NCBI GenBank assembly: GCA_045118075.1
Contig: JBGUOI010000202.1
Span: forward strand, 7,741 to 71,740
Direction: 5' to 3'
Length of the DNA: 64,000 bases
Origin: Porcincola sp.
GTDB lineage: Bacteria; Bacillota; Clostridia; Lachnospirales; Lachnospiraceae
A program made the position numbers and the translations under genes. Shown one piece after another: positions 9,403 to 19,800 of the stretch; position 1 is the first letter of the stretch, and each line of letters opens with the position of its first letter. Below the pieces are notes generated by a model, which saw only the letters and a program-made list of their open reading frames with translations, was not told the origin of the DNA and did no database searches.

Positions 9403-11151
9403 TCAACTGTATCTTGATACCGGGTGCTCAGCGAAAAAGCCGCGAATCACGTCCGCCATACGGTCCATATCTTCCGGGCCGTAACGCTGGTCGCAAACCA
9501 GGGAAAGTTCCCGTCCGCGGATCCCTTCCGAGGCGCCCATACGCTCTGCCCAGTGTACGTGACAGAAGATCCCTGCTTCCGACAAGGCTTCGGCAAGCTC
9601 GTTTCTCAAGTTGGCACCCACCAGTACGGGCACCGCCAGAGGACAGTTGTCCTCAATGCTCTCTCGGGTGATCATGAAGGTGAGCCCTTTTGTCTGGTCA
9701 AGACGGCTCATAAGCCTTCGGGCATTCTCTTTTCTCTTTATGATGATTCCGCCGGTATCCTGCTGCTCGAGCAGCTTCACGGACAGGCTGTCCATCTTTG
9801 TCATGCAGTCCGAAAGGACCAGCCATGTCTCAAAACCCTCCGCCTCGATCAGGCAGCTTCGTTTGTCATCCGTCTTTCCGGTCAGGTAATCTTCCTTCTC
9901 CCGCATGGCTTTTGTGACCTGCTGCGTCTTTTCATCTCCCGAAAGGAACGGGCGGATGCTGAGCTTTCCTCTCGTCTTGCCAAGCCAGCCGCCCGAAGGC
10001 AGCGCGAACCATTTGCGCAGGCTTGCCGTATAGTAGTCCGCCGTCTCACTTCCCGGGCGTTTTCCCAGCAATGTGTGGGTCACGTCCTCTATGACGGCGA
10101 TTCCCCTCTTGTGCAGGCGCCTGATCCACTCATCCGTGTAATCCCTGCCGGTGCCGAACCAGGCGCTGACCAGCACCACGTCCGGGCGTTTTTCCGTGTC
10201 GATCTTATATTCAAAGTACTCCCCGTTCCAGGTGACCTCGTAGAATTCATACCGGATGCCCCGCTCGATGAACGGCTGGAGCATACCGAACGAACAGTAG
10301 GACGGCACAAGCGCCTTCTTCACCTTCCGCCCGGAGGCGAGGTCGGCGATCGCCAGTTCAATGGCACATCGGCCGGAGATCGAAAAGACCTGGTCGGACA
10401 CTTTCGGAAGCCAGAGCATCGGATCTGTTTTCGCTCCTTCTTTTCTCACCCGCGGCAGGGAAAATCCGCCGCCAATCTCGGGCCTTCTTCCGTTTTCTCC
10501 CACCGGCAGAACGGTGCCTTCCGTCTCCAGGCGCCGGTAAGCGTTGTATGATAGCAGGTCATTGGTTCCCGGTATGGTTACCTCGCCTTTTTTGAAGACT
10601 TTCATCAGCGTTCCGAGAATCAGCTTAACGTCATACCCGAAAGAGACTTTATCGACATATTCCAGGTCATACTCGTACCGGCTGTTCCAGTCGAGCGCAT
10701 TGCGGCCGTTGATCTGGGCAAGTCCCGAAAGGCCGGGGCGGACGGCAAACCGTTTCCTGAAGCGGTCCGGATAAGCAGGCAGTGTATTCTTGGCCAGCGG
10801 CCTGGGGCCGATGACGCTCATATCGCCCTTCAGGATATTGAACAGCTCCGGCAGTTCGTCGAGGCTCGCCGCACGCATGATCTTTCCAAGACCCGTGACC
10901 CGGTCTTTTTCCGGAAGCAGGATACCGTTCTCGTCTTTAGCGTTCGACATGGTTCTGAACTTGTAGAGATGGAAGATCTTCTCGTCCTTCCCGGGACGGG
11001 TCGGCGAAAAGATGACCGGACTGCCGTGCATGATCCTGACCAGCACGAAAAGGATCAGGAGGACGGGGCTTAATACGATGACCGCCGCGCCGGCACAGAT
11101 CAAATCAAAGATCCGCTTGCCGCGGTCACGGTAAAATGTGTGTTCCGGCAT
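9403..11151 (-). CDS. fusion protein: PglC/WbaP-type phosphoglycosyl transferase (N-terminal ~195 aa) plus a fold-type-I PLP-dependent aminotransferase-like domain (C-terminal ~380 aa)
   Basis: 582 aa. The N-terminus, KRIFDLICAGAAVIVLSPVLL...YKFRTM...DELPELFNILKGDMSVIGPRP...RPGLSGLAQINGR, is the bacterial sugar transferase signature. The C-terminal part has AVIEDVTHTLLG and ASLRKWFALPSGGW, an aspartate and a lysine context typical of DegT/class V-like PLP enzymes. Confidence 0.75.
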   Translation of the reverse strand: MPEHTFYRDRGKRIFDLICAGAAVIVLSPVLLILFVLVRIMHGSPVIFSPTRPGKDEKIFHLYKFRTMSNAKDENGILLPEKDRVTGLGKIMRAASLDELPELFNILKGDMSVIGPRPLAKNTLPAYPDRFRKRFAVRPGLSGLAQINGRNALDWNSRYEYDLEYVDKVSFGYDVKLILGTLMKVFKKGEVTIPGTNDLLSYNAYRRLETEGTVLPVGENGRRPEIGGGFSLPRVRKEGAKTDPMLWLPKVSDQVFSISGRCAIELAIADLASGRKVKKALVPSYCSFGMLQPFIERGIRYEFYEVTWNGEYFEYKIDTEKRPDVVLVSAWFGTGRDYTDEWIRRLHKRGIAVIEDVTHTLLGKRPGSETADYYTASLRKWFALPSGGWLGKTRGKLSIRPFLSGDEKTQQVTKAMREKEDYLTGKTDDKRSCLIEAEGFETWLVLSDCMTKMDSLSVKLLEQQDTGGIIIKRKENARRLMSRLDQTKGLTFMITRESIEDNCPLAVPVLVGANLRNELAEALSEAGIFCHVHWAERMGASEGIRGRELSLVCDQRYGPEDMDRMADVIRGFFAEHPVSRYS

Positions 11152-11163
11152 GATCTCTCCTCC

Positions 11164-12300
11164 TTACAGCAGTTTCTCAAGCGGCGCTTTAAGCTGTTCT
11201 TTGAATGAGCTGATCGAAAAATGAGACTCATAGTAGTCGAATATCCGGTCATGGGAAAGGACCTTTGGGATATCCTTCATCCATTCTCCGTCCGGATCGA
11301 TGTTGACGCCGATCCGGTCCTGCCTTACCATCCGGGCGGTATCTCCGCGGACCGAATTGATCAGAGGCAGTCCCATGGACAGATAATCGATGCTCTTGAT
11401 GGAGAGCCCTACCTCCAGCTTATCCAGGATCATATTGAACCCATAGTCGCAGGGGGCGAGAATCTCGATCTTTTTATTCTCGTCAAAGGTCTTTCCGTGG
11501 AAAGTCACCTCGCAGCCTGTCTTCTTAACTTCCGACAAAAATTCTTCGCTCCGCTCGCCGCCGCCGATCACCTGCATCGAGGTTTCGTATCCCTCTTCCC
11601 TGAAACGGGAGAGTACGCCGCAAATCCCGGCGATGTCGACCAGGTAGTTGATGCTTCCGACGAAGGCAAACCGCACTTTTTTCTCATCACCCGGCTTTCG
11701 CTGCGCAATGACTTTGCGGATTTTTTCTTTCTCCTGCGGGCTTCTCTCCTTGTAGAGCCACAGCGGGCTGATCTTCGATCCGTCCGTCACTTTCGCGAGG
11801 GTGTCCTTATAAAGTCCGCACTCGGTAAAAACATGGTCCGCCGCCTGAATGCTTTTCGTTCTCCAGTTTCTCCAGACGTTCGCCGGCAGGGAATTTGACA
11901 GTCCCCGAAGAGGCATCGATTCGGGCCACATATCGATCACATCGTTGATGTAGATCATCTCCGGGTGCCTTTTTTTATACGAGGCGCAGTAAGATGCTGC
12001 CCTGTTGGGCGGGATCAGCGCATAGATCAGGTCAGGCTTCGCTTTCCTGATGTATCCTTTCACCTTTCCCGAAAAGACCAGGTGGGATAAGATCCGCTGC
12101 GGCGAGAGGTTCTTTTTGTAAGGCGGAACATGGAGATAGGTGCACTCCTCAAGCCGCACTTTGACCGGCGCTTTCACTTCGTGCAGAAAGTCGCTTAAAA
12201 GGACCGTTACCTCAAAGCCCTCCTCCGCAAGAACTTCCCTGACCGTTTTAAGCCGGTTCTGATACCAGCCGAAGCAGCTGACCAGCAGCGCTTTTTTCAT
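11164..12300 (-). CDS. probable GT-B type glycosyltransferase
   Basis: The ORF-track start at 12339 is trimmed to ATG 12300 (MKKALLVSCFGWY). The C-terminal half resembles the GT-B nucleotide-sugar domain (VGSINYLVD..., IDYLSMGLPLINSVRGD). Assignment relies mainly on context. Confidence 0.55.
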   Translation of the reverse strand: MKKALLVSCFGWYQNRLKTVREVLAEEGFEVTVLLSDFLHEVKAPVKVRLEECTYLHVPPYKKNLSPQRILSHLVFSGKVKGYIRKAKPDLIYALIPPNRAASYCASYKKRHPEMIYINDVIDMWPESMPLRGLSNSLPANVWRNWRTKSIQAADHVFTECGLYKDTLAKVTDGSKISPLWLYKERSPQEKEKIRKVIAQRKPGDEKKVRFAFVGSINYLVDIAGICGVLSRFREEGYETSMQVIGGGERSEEFLSEVKKTGCEVTFHGKTFDENKKIEILAPCDYGFNMILDKLEVGLSIKSIDYLSMGLPLINSVRGDTARMVRQDRIGVNIDPDGEWMKDIPKVLSHDRIFDYYESHFSISSFKEQLKAPLEKLL

Positions 12301-12335
12301 CTTCCCGTTCCTTCCCCGGCTCTGTTTTCCGGTGA

Positions 12336-13646
12336 TCACTCAAAGCAGCGGCGGATGATCTGAATGATCCTGTCCTGCTCTTCTATTGTCATCTTGTTGT
12401 CGGACGGCAGGCACAGGCCTCTTCGGAAAATATCCTCTCCGACATCAAAGTTCTCTCCTTCTATATACGCATTTGTCTGCCCGCGTCCGTTTCCGTGCGC
12501 GGTCACAAATGCATTCATCCGGTAGATCGGCTGCAGGTGCATGGGCTTCCAGATGGGTCTCCCCTCGGCATTGAAAGCGCGGAGCGCATCCAGGATCTCA
12601 TCCGGGGAGCTTTTCCCCTTCTCGCTGCGGTACAGGTACTCCCTGTCGCCGCGGACATTCGGAGCCATTGCCTCCTCATTGACGGTCATGCAGCTTAACC
12701 AGAAATTGGGCCGGCTGTTTTGCCTGTCCCAGGGGTTCATCTTTACGGGCAGTCCCTCAAACCCTTTTTCGTACCGCTCCCAGATGGCTTTTTTCCGGGC
12801 GATATGCTCTTTAAGATACGGGAGCTGTCCCCTTACGGTGCCGGCGATCAGGTTGCTCATCCTGTAGTTGTAGCCTACTTCTTCGTGCTGGTACCAGCTG
12901 GCCGCTTCACGGCTCTGTGTGGACCACTTGCGCACTTTATCGGCATCTTCCTTCGAGCCGGTCAGGAACATTCCGCCCGAACTTCCGGTGATGATCTTGT
13001 TTCCGTTGAACGATATGCAGCCGAAATCTCCGGCCGCGCCGGTCTCGACCCATTTCCCGTCAAGCAGGCACTGCGCGCCGAGGCTTTCCGCCGCATCCTC
13101 TACGATCAGGGCATCGTGCCTGGCGCAGATATCCTTGATCTCCTGCATTCTTGCGGGCGTCCCGTACACATGGGCCATAACGACAAGACGCACTCCGGGG
13201 TACTGCTCGAAAGCCCTCCTCAGTGCGTCAGGACACATATTCCATGTTCCGGGTTCAGTATCAATGAATACGGCTTCTCCGTCCTCGTAAGCGATCGGAT
13301 TGACGGTCGCATCAAACGTCATATCCGAGCAGAAGACTTTCTGTCCCGCCAAAGTCCCTTCACTCGGCCGTGCCCGGCCGAAAAGCTTCTCCCCGGCCAG
13401 TTTTATTGCCAGGTGCAGGGAAGCCGTTCCCGAGGAGAGCGCCACCGCATACTTTACACCGGTGAGGGCACACACTTCCTGCTCAACAGCATCAATATTC
13501 TCTCCAAGGGTAGTGACCCAGTTCGATCGGATGGCTTCGCTGATCCAGTGAAGTTCTTCTCCATGCATGGTCGGCGATGCGAGCCAGATCTTCTTCTCGA
13601 AAGGTTCGATCCCGGCAAAGCGCGGATCATTTCTCAGTTCATGCAT
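12336..13646 (-). CDS. DegT/DnrJ/EryC1/StrS family sugar aminotransferase (PglE/WecE-like)
   Basis: 436 aa. ALSSGTASLHLAIKLAG, LIVEDAAESLGA and the PLP-lysine context ISFNGNKIITGSSGGMFLT. Confidence 0.85.
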   Translation of the reverse strand: MHELRNDPRFAGIEPFEKKIWLASPTMHGEELHWISEAIRSNWVTTLGENIDAVEQEVCALTGVKYAVALSSGTASLHLAIKLAGEKLFGRARPSEGTLAGQKVFCSDMTFDATVNPIAYEDGEAVFIDTEPGTWNMCPDALRRAFEQYPGVRLVVMAHVYGTPARMQEIKDICARHDALIVEDAAESLGAQCLLDGKWVETGAAGDFGCISFNGNKIITGSSGGMFLTGSKEDADKVRKWSTQSREAASWYQHEEVGYNYRMSNLIAGTVRGQLPYLKEHIARKKAIWERYEKGFEGLPVKMNPWDRQNSRPNFWLSCMTVNEEAMAPNVRGDREYLYRSEKGKSSPDEILDALRAFNAEGRPIWKPMHLQPIYRMNAFVTAHGNGRGQTNAYIEGENFDVGEDIFRRGLCLPSDNKMTIEEQDRIIQIIRRCFE

Positions 13647-13648
13647 TT

Positions 13649-15700
13649 TCAGTGCCCTCCCGACCGGGGAACATACTTCTCCTCCGGTGTATACGTAGTG
13701 ACGACTTCCGCTACTTTTTGTCTTATGTCAGGGTCGTTCCGGTACGCAGCATTCATCAGGTCACCCAGCTGTGTCAGGAAAACATCGATGTCAAACGGGA
13801 TAGGCTTCCCGATATGGATCAGTTTGTTTTTCGTCTTGGCCAGTCCTTCCTCGGCCATCAGTTTTTCTTCGTACAGTTTCTCGCCGGGACGCAGACCGGT
13901 ATATTCGATCTTGATATCCACATCCGGTTTAAAGCCGGACAGCCTTATAAGATTCCTGGCCAGATCGGCGATCTTTACGGGGCTTCCCATATCCAGGACG
14001 AAGATCTCTCCGCCTCTCGCGTATGTTCCCGCGGTCAGCACCAGGCTCACCGCCTCCGGGATGGTCATGAAATACCGGATGATATCCGGATGGGTGACCG
14101 TCACCGGGCCGCCCTGTTCGATCTGCTTCCTGAAGACCGGGATGACTGAGCCGTTGCTGCCGAGTACGTTGCCGAAACGAACCGCCACGAACTCTGTGCG
14201 GGCTCTGCGGAACACGCTGCCTGTGCCGTCCTTGTCGGCATTCTCCACACCCATATGCGTGAACAGCTGCGGTATTTCGCCGGCCCTCCCGCGCTTGATC
14301 ATATAATCAAAGCTCTGGATGATCATCTCGCACAGACGCTTGGAAGCGCCCATGATATTAGTAGGCCGCACAGCCTTGTCGGTTGAGATCAGGACGAAGC
14401 GCTCACAGCCGTTCACCATGGCCGCATAAGCGGTCTTGTAAGTTCCCATGGCATTGTTCTTGACGGCTTCGCACGGAGAATCCTCCATCAGCGGCACATG
14501 CTTGTGCGCTGCGGCGTGGTAGACGATCTGAGGCCGGTATTCCTCGAATACCTGGAAGATCTTGCGGCTGTCTCTGACAGATCCGATCAGCACCACAAGG
14601 TCCAGATCAGGATATTTTTCCTTCAGTTCAAGCTGAATATCATAAGCGCTGTTTTCATAGATGTCGAAAATGATCAGCTGTTTTGGAGAATGCCCCGCGA
14701 TCTGGCGGCAGAGCTCGCTTCCGATCGAGCCGCCTCCGCCCGTGACCAGGACGACCTTCCCGTTGATCATAGCAAACACTTCTGACAGATCAGCCCGGAT
14801 AGGTTCTCTCCCGAGCAGGTCTTCCACGGAGACATCCTTCATGTCCTTGATGGAGACCTCTCCGCTGATCATCTGGTACATGCCCGGCAGCTGCTTGATC
14901 TCGCAGCGCGTCCGGCTGGCGATATTCAGGATATCTTTTCTGTCCTCGGCGCTGATGCTGGGGATGGCCAGATAGATCTTATCCACGCGATGGGTCTTTG
15001 CCTCATCCGGGATGCGCGTGCGGCCTCCCGCCACACGGATGCCGTCCACATATTTCCCGCGTTTGGCCGGGTCGTCGTCGATCAGGCACACGACTCTCTC
15101 ATGGATCTCCTGTGCATGGGTGATATCGCGAAGAATCATGCGTCCGGCTTCTCCGGCACCGACGATCATGACTCTCTTGACCGGATGGGAACGCATCTTC
15201 CATGAGTCCTTCAAAAGAAGGACAATACGGTAGGAAAAGCGCACCGCCGTGATGGCAAAAAACTGGAGAAGTGCCCCGAATACATAGTAGGTCAGAGGCA
15301 TTCTTGCAAAGAAGATCGTGATCAGGACCGCGTGGGCGACCGCTGTGATGAACGAGGAGATGATGATCCTCGAAAGCTCCGCGTAGCTGGCAAAGCGCCA
15401 GATGCTCCTGTACAGCCGCATCAGGATGAAGACCGCCAGGCAGATGACGGTATAGTACGGAGTGAAGCCGCGCCAGGAGTTGATGTACACCCGGCGGATC
15501 CACTTAAAATGACAGTCAAAGCGCAGCCAGAGCGCAAGAATATACGCCGCGTTCACTACGACCATGTCGTAGACCACCAACAGCGGGGTGGTAATGAACG
15601 TGGGGGGCAGTCTCTTCTTATTCTTTGCGCTTCCGGCTGCGCTTCTTCCCGTTCTTTTTACGGGTCTTTTTGCAGCTGTCTTTTTATCTTTTCCGGACAC
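13649..15700 (-). CDS. membrane-anchored CapD/PglF/WbpM-type NDP-HexNAc 4,6-dehydratase
   Basis: 683 aa. Lys/Arg-rich N-terminus, hydrophobic helices, then two Rossmann signatures (VMIVGAGEAGRM, VLVTGGGGSIGSEL) and a typical polysaccharide biosynthesis protein C-terminal domain. Confidence 0.85.
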   Translation of the reverse strand: MSGKDKKTAAKRPVKRTGRSAAGSAKNKKRLPPTFITTPLLVVYDMVVVNAAYILALWLRFDCHFKWIRRVYINSWRGFTPYYTVICLAVFILMRLYRSIWRFASYAELSRIIISSFITAVAHAVLITIFFARMPLTYYVFGALLQFFAITAVRFSYRIVLLLKDSWKMRSHPVKRVMIVGAGEAGRMILRDITHAQEIHERVVCLIDDDPAKRGKYVDGIRVAGGRTRIPDEAKTHRVDKIYLAIPSISAEDRKDILNIASRTRCEIKQLPGMYQMISGEVSIKDMKDVSVEDLLGREPIRADLSEVFAMINGKVVLVTGGGGSIGSELCRQIAGHSPKQLIIFDIYENSAYDIQLELKEKYPDLDLVVLIGSVRDSRKIFQVFEEYRPQIVYHAAAHKHVPLMEDSPCEAVKNNAMGTYKTAYAAMVNGCERFVLISTDKAVRPTNIMGASKRLCEMIIQSFDYMIKRGRAGEIPQLFTHMGVENADKDGTGSVFRRARTEFVAVRFGNVLGSNGSVIPVFRKQIEQGGPVTVTHPDIIRYFMTIPEAVSLVLTAGTYARGGEIFVLDMGSPVKIADLARNLIRLSGFKPDVDIKIEYTGLRPGEKLYEEKLMAEEGLAKTKNKLIHIGKPIPFDIDVFLTQLGDLMNAAYRNDPDIRQKVAEVVTTYTPEEKYVPRSGGH

Positions 15701-15735
15701 CTTTCAAGGCCTCCTCATAAACTGCAGCGGAATTC

Positions 15736-16824
15736 TTATTGCGGAACGAACGGATCGTCCGCATAGAGGAAATCCTTCATTGCTTTACTGTTTGCTTCCA
15801 GATCAACAATATGCCCTTTTGCACCGGCTACGGTGTCGAGCGGTTCCTTTGCCTCAAGCGGAAAAACTTTTGTCTCCATCTGGTCAAGAATATTGGCGCC
15901 CTGTCTTGAAGCCAGGTATGAAACTCTTGCCAGGGCCAGCGTGATGCTGACGATATCCTCCTCCGGGAGGTTATTGTAGGTCATGTCAAAGATCGGGCTG
16001 ATGGCCTGACGAAGGAACGCAATATCCTCCTCGGTGATCTCATCCAGATTGATCACGCGCCGCCCGTCGTCGATATCGGGCTTTCCGTTGGAGTCATTGG
16101 TGTAGAACACCACCTCATCGTGAAGCTGATTGCCAACCTGCTTGAAAAGATTTCCAACGACTGCCATCTCGCGTTCACAGCAGTTGTATACAGAGTCATA
16201 CTGGAGCCATCCGTAGGCTACGGCCTGAAGTCCGTTCATTTTCGTATCCGGTCCGAAATCGATCAGGTAATACTCCTTTGCCAGCAGTTCGACCATGATC
16301 TGGTCGAGCAGATTGGAATCTTTCAGGGCCTGGATATCTTCTTTCTTGGCGGATACCATACTGTTGAGTGCATTGCGCTCTGCACGGGTCAAGTCAACGG
16401 TCACGCCTCCGTACGCGTCGATCAGGGAAGCCAGGTTCAGGAAGTTCAGCGACATGAACAGGTCGATCCCGATATCGAAGTTAGCCTTGAAAACCTTCAG
16501 GCTCTCTTCGGGACCCCGGTTCCGGTAAGCCATGTCCAGCCGCTGCGGGTAATCATATCCCTCATAGTTGACGAACGTGTCCCAGGTCGGCATCATCATG
16601 CGGATCGTCCCGGTGCGCTGGTTCATCGCGATCACCATCATGGTATTTCCCGAGTTTCCTCCCTCGTTGCTCATGCCCTCGTTGCACATCAGGTAGAAGT
16701 TGACCCAGTCATCCTGCTTTGAAGCATCCCCGGCAAAACCCGGCACGGTCATTGAAATCGCCATTGCAAACGCGAGCAGGCAGGCGGATGCGGACTTTCC
16801 GATACGTCTCAGTCCTTTCTTCAT
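15736..16824 (-). CDS. LytR-CpsA-Psr (LCP) family glycopolymer ligase
   Basis: 362 aa with a signal/anchor sequence. The core NTMMVIAMNQRTGTIRMMMPTWDTFV...LDMAYRNRGPE...NFLNLASLIDAYGGVTVDL is typical of LCP proteins. Confidence 0.8.
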   Translation of the reverse strand: MKKGLRRIGKSASACLLAFAMAISMTVPGFAGDASKQDDWVNFYLMCNEGMSNEGGNSGNTMMVIAMNQRTGTIRMMMPTWDTFVNYEGYDYPQRLDMAYRNRGPEESLKVFKANFDIGIDLFMSLNFLNLASLIDAYGGVTVDLTRAERNALNSMVSAKKEDIQALKDSNLLDQIMVELLAKEYYLIDFGPDTKMNGLQAVAYGWLQYDSVYNCCEREMAVVGNLFKQVGNQLHDEVVFYTNDSNGKPDIDDGRRVINLDEITEEDIAFLRQAISPIFDMTYNNLPEEDIVSITLALARVSYLASRQGANILDQMETKVFPLEAKEPLDTVAGAKGHIVDLEANSKAMKDFLYADDPFVPQ

Positions 16825-16857
16825 CGCAGCTGATCACCTCCTTCCGAAATTGTCGTT

Positions 16858-19800
16858 TTAATCTACGGGTTTGCGGTCCTGGTCATATCGGTTGTCGATC
16901 ACCAGCTCACCGCTGCTGTTGTAATGACCGTTCCAGCCGGCCACCCCGTCTACATTGTTGGTCAGATTGTAGAAGCGGTCCAGATAGCGCTCCGAGACGA
17001 GCCTTCCGTCCTCATCGAAATCGCGCTCGATGCTGGCGTAGCCTTCTTTGCAGTTGGTCTGGACATGGTCCTCGTCGTAGTAGCCTTCCCAGGTCACCAC
17101 TCCGGCTTCGTTCGTCTCATATTCATAGATCGCGTAACCGTCCGTGGTACTGACGGGATTGCCGTCCTGATCAATGTATGTGACCTCATGAATGAGTGTC
17201 AAAGGATAGTAGAGAATACTCTTTCCCCAGGCTCCGTTGGCCGCCTCGACCGGCTGCCCCTCCGTATCCATGTAGTAGGAATAGTACAGTTCTTCCTTCT
17301 CCTGATCACTCAGCTCATACTCATATTTTACGGAAGCGTAACCCTCGGAATTCATTGCAGGATTTCCTTCCGCGTCGAGCCAGACCTCCTGCTCCAGGTT
17401 TCCGTAGCCGTTGTACTCGCTCTCCACCCCGAAAACGCCGTCCACCTCGGTCGGGTTTCCGTCCGCGTCATAGTAGTGGATCTCTGAGATGTTGCCGGTG
17501 GTCGTGTATCCGTACTCCACCATGCTGCAGCCTTCCGGTCCCACAGCGGCCGATCCGTCCTCATTAAAATACTTCTGGCGGATAATGCGGTCATATTTAT
17601 CGAAGTCAGCGATGGAGTAAGCCACTCCCTGCTCTTCGGTGGGAACGCTCTTTTCAAGCCGCATCTCATATGCGCCGTATTGAGGTTTCTCCGTGATCAG
17701 TTCTCTTTTGGTATAACCGTCTGCCGACATGTACGGTCCGCCTGCGGCAGTCCGGTAGTACTCCTCCGCAATGCGTCCGCTGTCCGTGTACCGAATGTGG
17801 TGTTCGGAATAGCCTTTTTTGTTGTTTATGCGTTCATCCGCCTCGCTGAAGTATTCCTCATCGGTCAGGCGGCCTTCTTCGTCGTAAACGATCAGGGAGT
17901 GGGAGTATCCCGTCTCTGCGGACGTGGCGCCCAGCTGCCGGCTGTTGTAGTATTCCTCGGAAGTCTGGTTGCCCAGATCGTCGTAGGTATAGGCCGCCAT
18001 GGCATATCCCATGGTCGTATCGGTCAGCTGTTCGTTGGCATCGTAATACGACTCTTCAACGACATCTCCCAGGTCGTTGTATTTGGTCTTCATGATGGCG
18101 TATCCGCGCTGGCAGACACACAGCTGGCCCGCACGGTCATAATAGCTCTCACTTGTCTGGCGCCCGGCCAGATCATAGGTATAGCGTGCGGAAGCATACT
18201 CACCGTTGTAGAGGACCGGCTGTCCGGAAATATCGAAATAGCTGACAGAGAGAACATGGCCGTCCATGTCCACTGTCCTGGTCAGCCAGGAATACAGTGT
18301 CTTGTTGTTGACAGCCGGTTTCCCGTCAATATTGAGCAGATGTTCCTCGATACAGAAATTACGTTCATCATACGAGTAGGTAATGATGCTGTAACCGTTG
18401 CTGCACCAGGTCTGCTCGCCCTCACGGTTAAAGAAAGCCTCACGGATAAGATTGTCGTTGTTGTCATAGCCGGAGGTAAGCGCTGCGTATCCCTTGCTGA
18501 GAATGATGGGACGCCCCTCTTCATCGAGGTATTCCTTCTTTATATTCCTCCGACGCTCATCAAAAGTATTGCGGACCATAGCATAGCCGGCGCCGCACAG
18601 AATAGGCTGGTCCTTGACATCCAGGTATGTCTCGAGAAGGATGTCTCCGTTCTTATCGACCTGACGCGTCATAGCTGCATAACCGTAGCTTGTGTACGTT
18701 CTCTCCAGCTTGTCGTCATAATAGGTCAGGCGCGTCACATACTGGTTCTCATCGCGCTCGTATTCCACCGCAGCATATCCGGCTTTGGAAATGACCAGGT
18801 CACCGGAACCGTCCACATAGGAGCGGCGCCAGATCAGGCCGCTGTTGTCGCGTTCATATTGAATACCGGCATATCCGGCGGAGATCGTCACAGGCAGGCC
18901 GTTCTTATCCAGATAAGTCTCGCTGATCCTGCGGTTGTCGCCGTCGTAGGCATAGACAACGGATGAGAAGCCAAGCGCCGTCTCTGACGGCTGCAGCGCT
19001 GCCGACAGGTAGTCCTCGCGCAGGATATTCCCGCGCGCATCATATGAAGTATGCGTAACGAAAATACGGTCTGTCAGTGAGGATATTCTCTCCTGTTCAT
19101 CCAGATACTGCTCCATCACGATATGGCCCTTCTGGTCATACTCGCGCTGGTGAACGGAGAAGCCCTCCGGAAGTCGAATCAGGCTGTCATCCACATCCAG
19201 GTAACGTTCCTGCAGCGTCCGGTCCGCATAGTCGTAAATATATGCGATCGCAGAGAAACCCTTCGCGTTGATCACGCGCTTCATTCCGGTATCCAGATAG
19301 TTTTCCTGCGAAACACGTCCGCGCTTGTCATAATCATAGGCGATCGCGGCGTATCCGCCCTCTGTCATAACGATCTCCCCGCCTTTATAATAGACGGAGC
19401 GGGTCAGGTTGTCATCGCCGTCGTACTCATGGCTTATCAGATCATATCCGTCCGGGAGCACGGCTGCCTTGCCTTCACCTGCGTAGTAGGCTTCTTCAAT
19501 GCAGTTGCCGTGTTTGTCGCGGGCATAAGTGACATAGTTATATCCGCCGTCCTGTATGGCGGGTTCGCCGTTGGAATCGTAATATCCTTCGCTGGTCAGG
19601 AAGCCCTGTGAATTCCAGGTCTGCACCAGTTTGGCATAGCCGTCCCGGGTGACCATCATATCACCGTTCTTATCGAAGAACGTCTTCGTCAGCAGATGGC
19701 CGGTTCCGTTATAGGTGCATACCATCTTCGCGTAGCCGGCGGTGGAGACAACGTAATTATTGTCAGCATCGAAGTACTCTTCCGTGAGGATGTTGCCGTA

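Noticed and set aside
12720-14306. 528-aa plus-strand ORF, the longest of many long plus-strand ORFs. Others include 17680-18966, 21052-22677, 25491-26957, 37086-38402, 41077-42057, 47533-49116 and 57560-59398.
   Set aside because: All lie antisense to minus-strand genes with clear family motifs. Their translations are low-complexity and rich in R/H/P/G, they lack RBS-like sequences and recognisable domains, and they are the expected shadow ORFs of GC-rich coding DNA.
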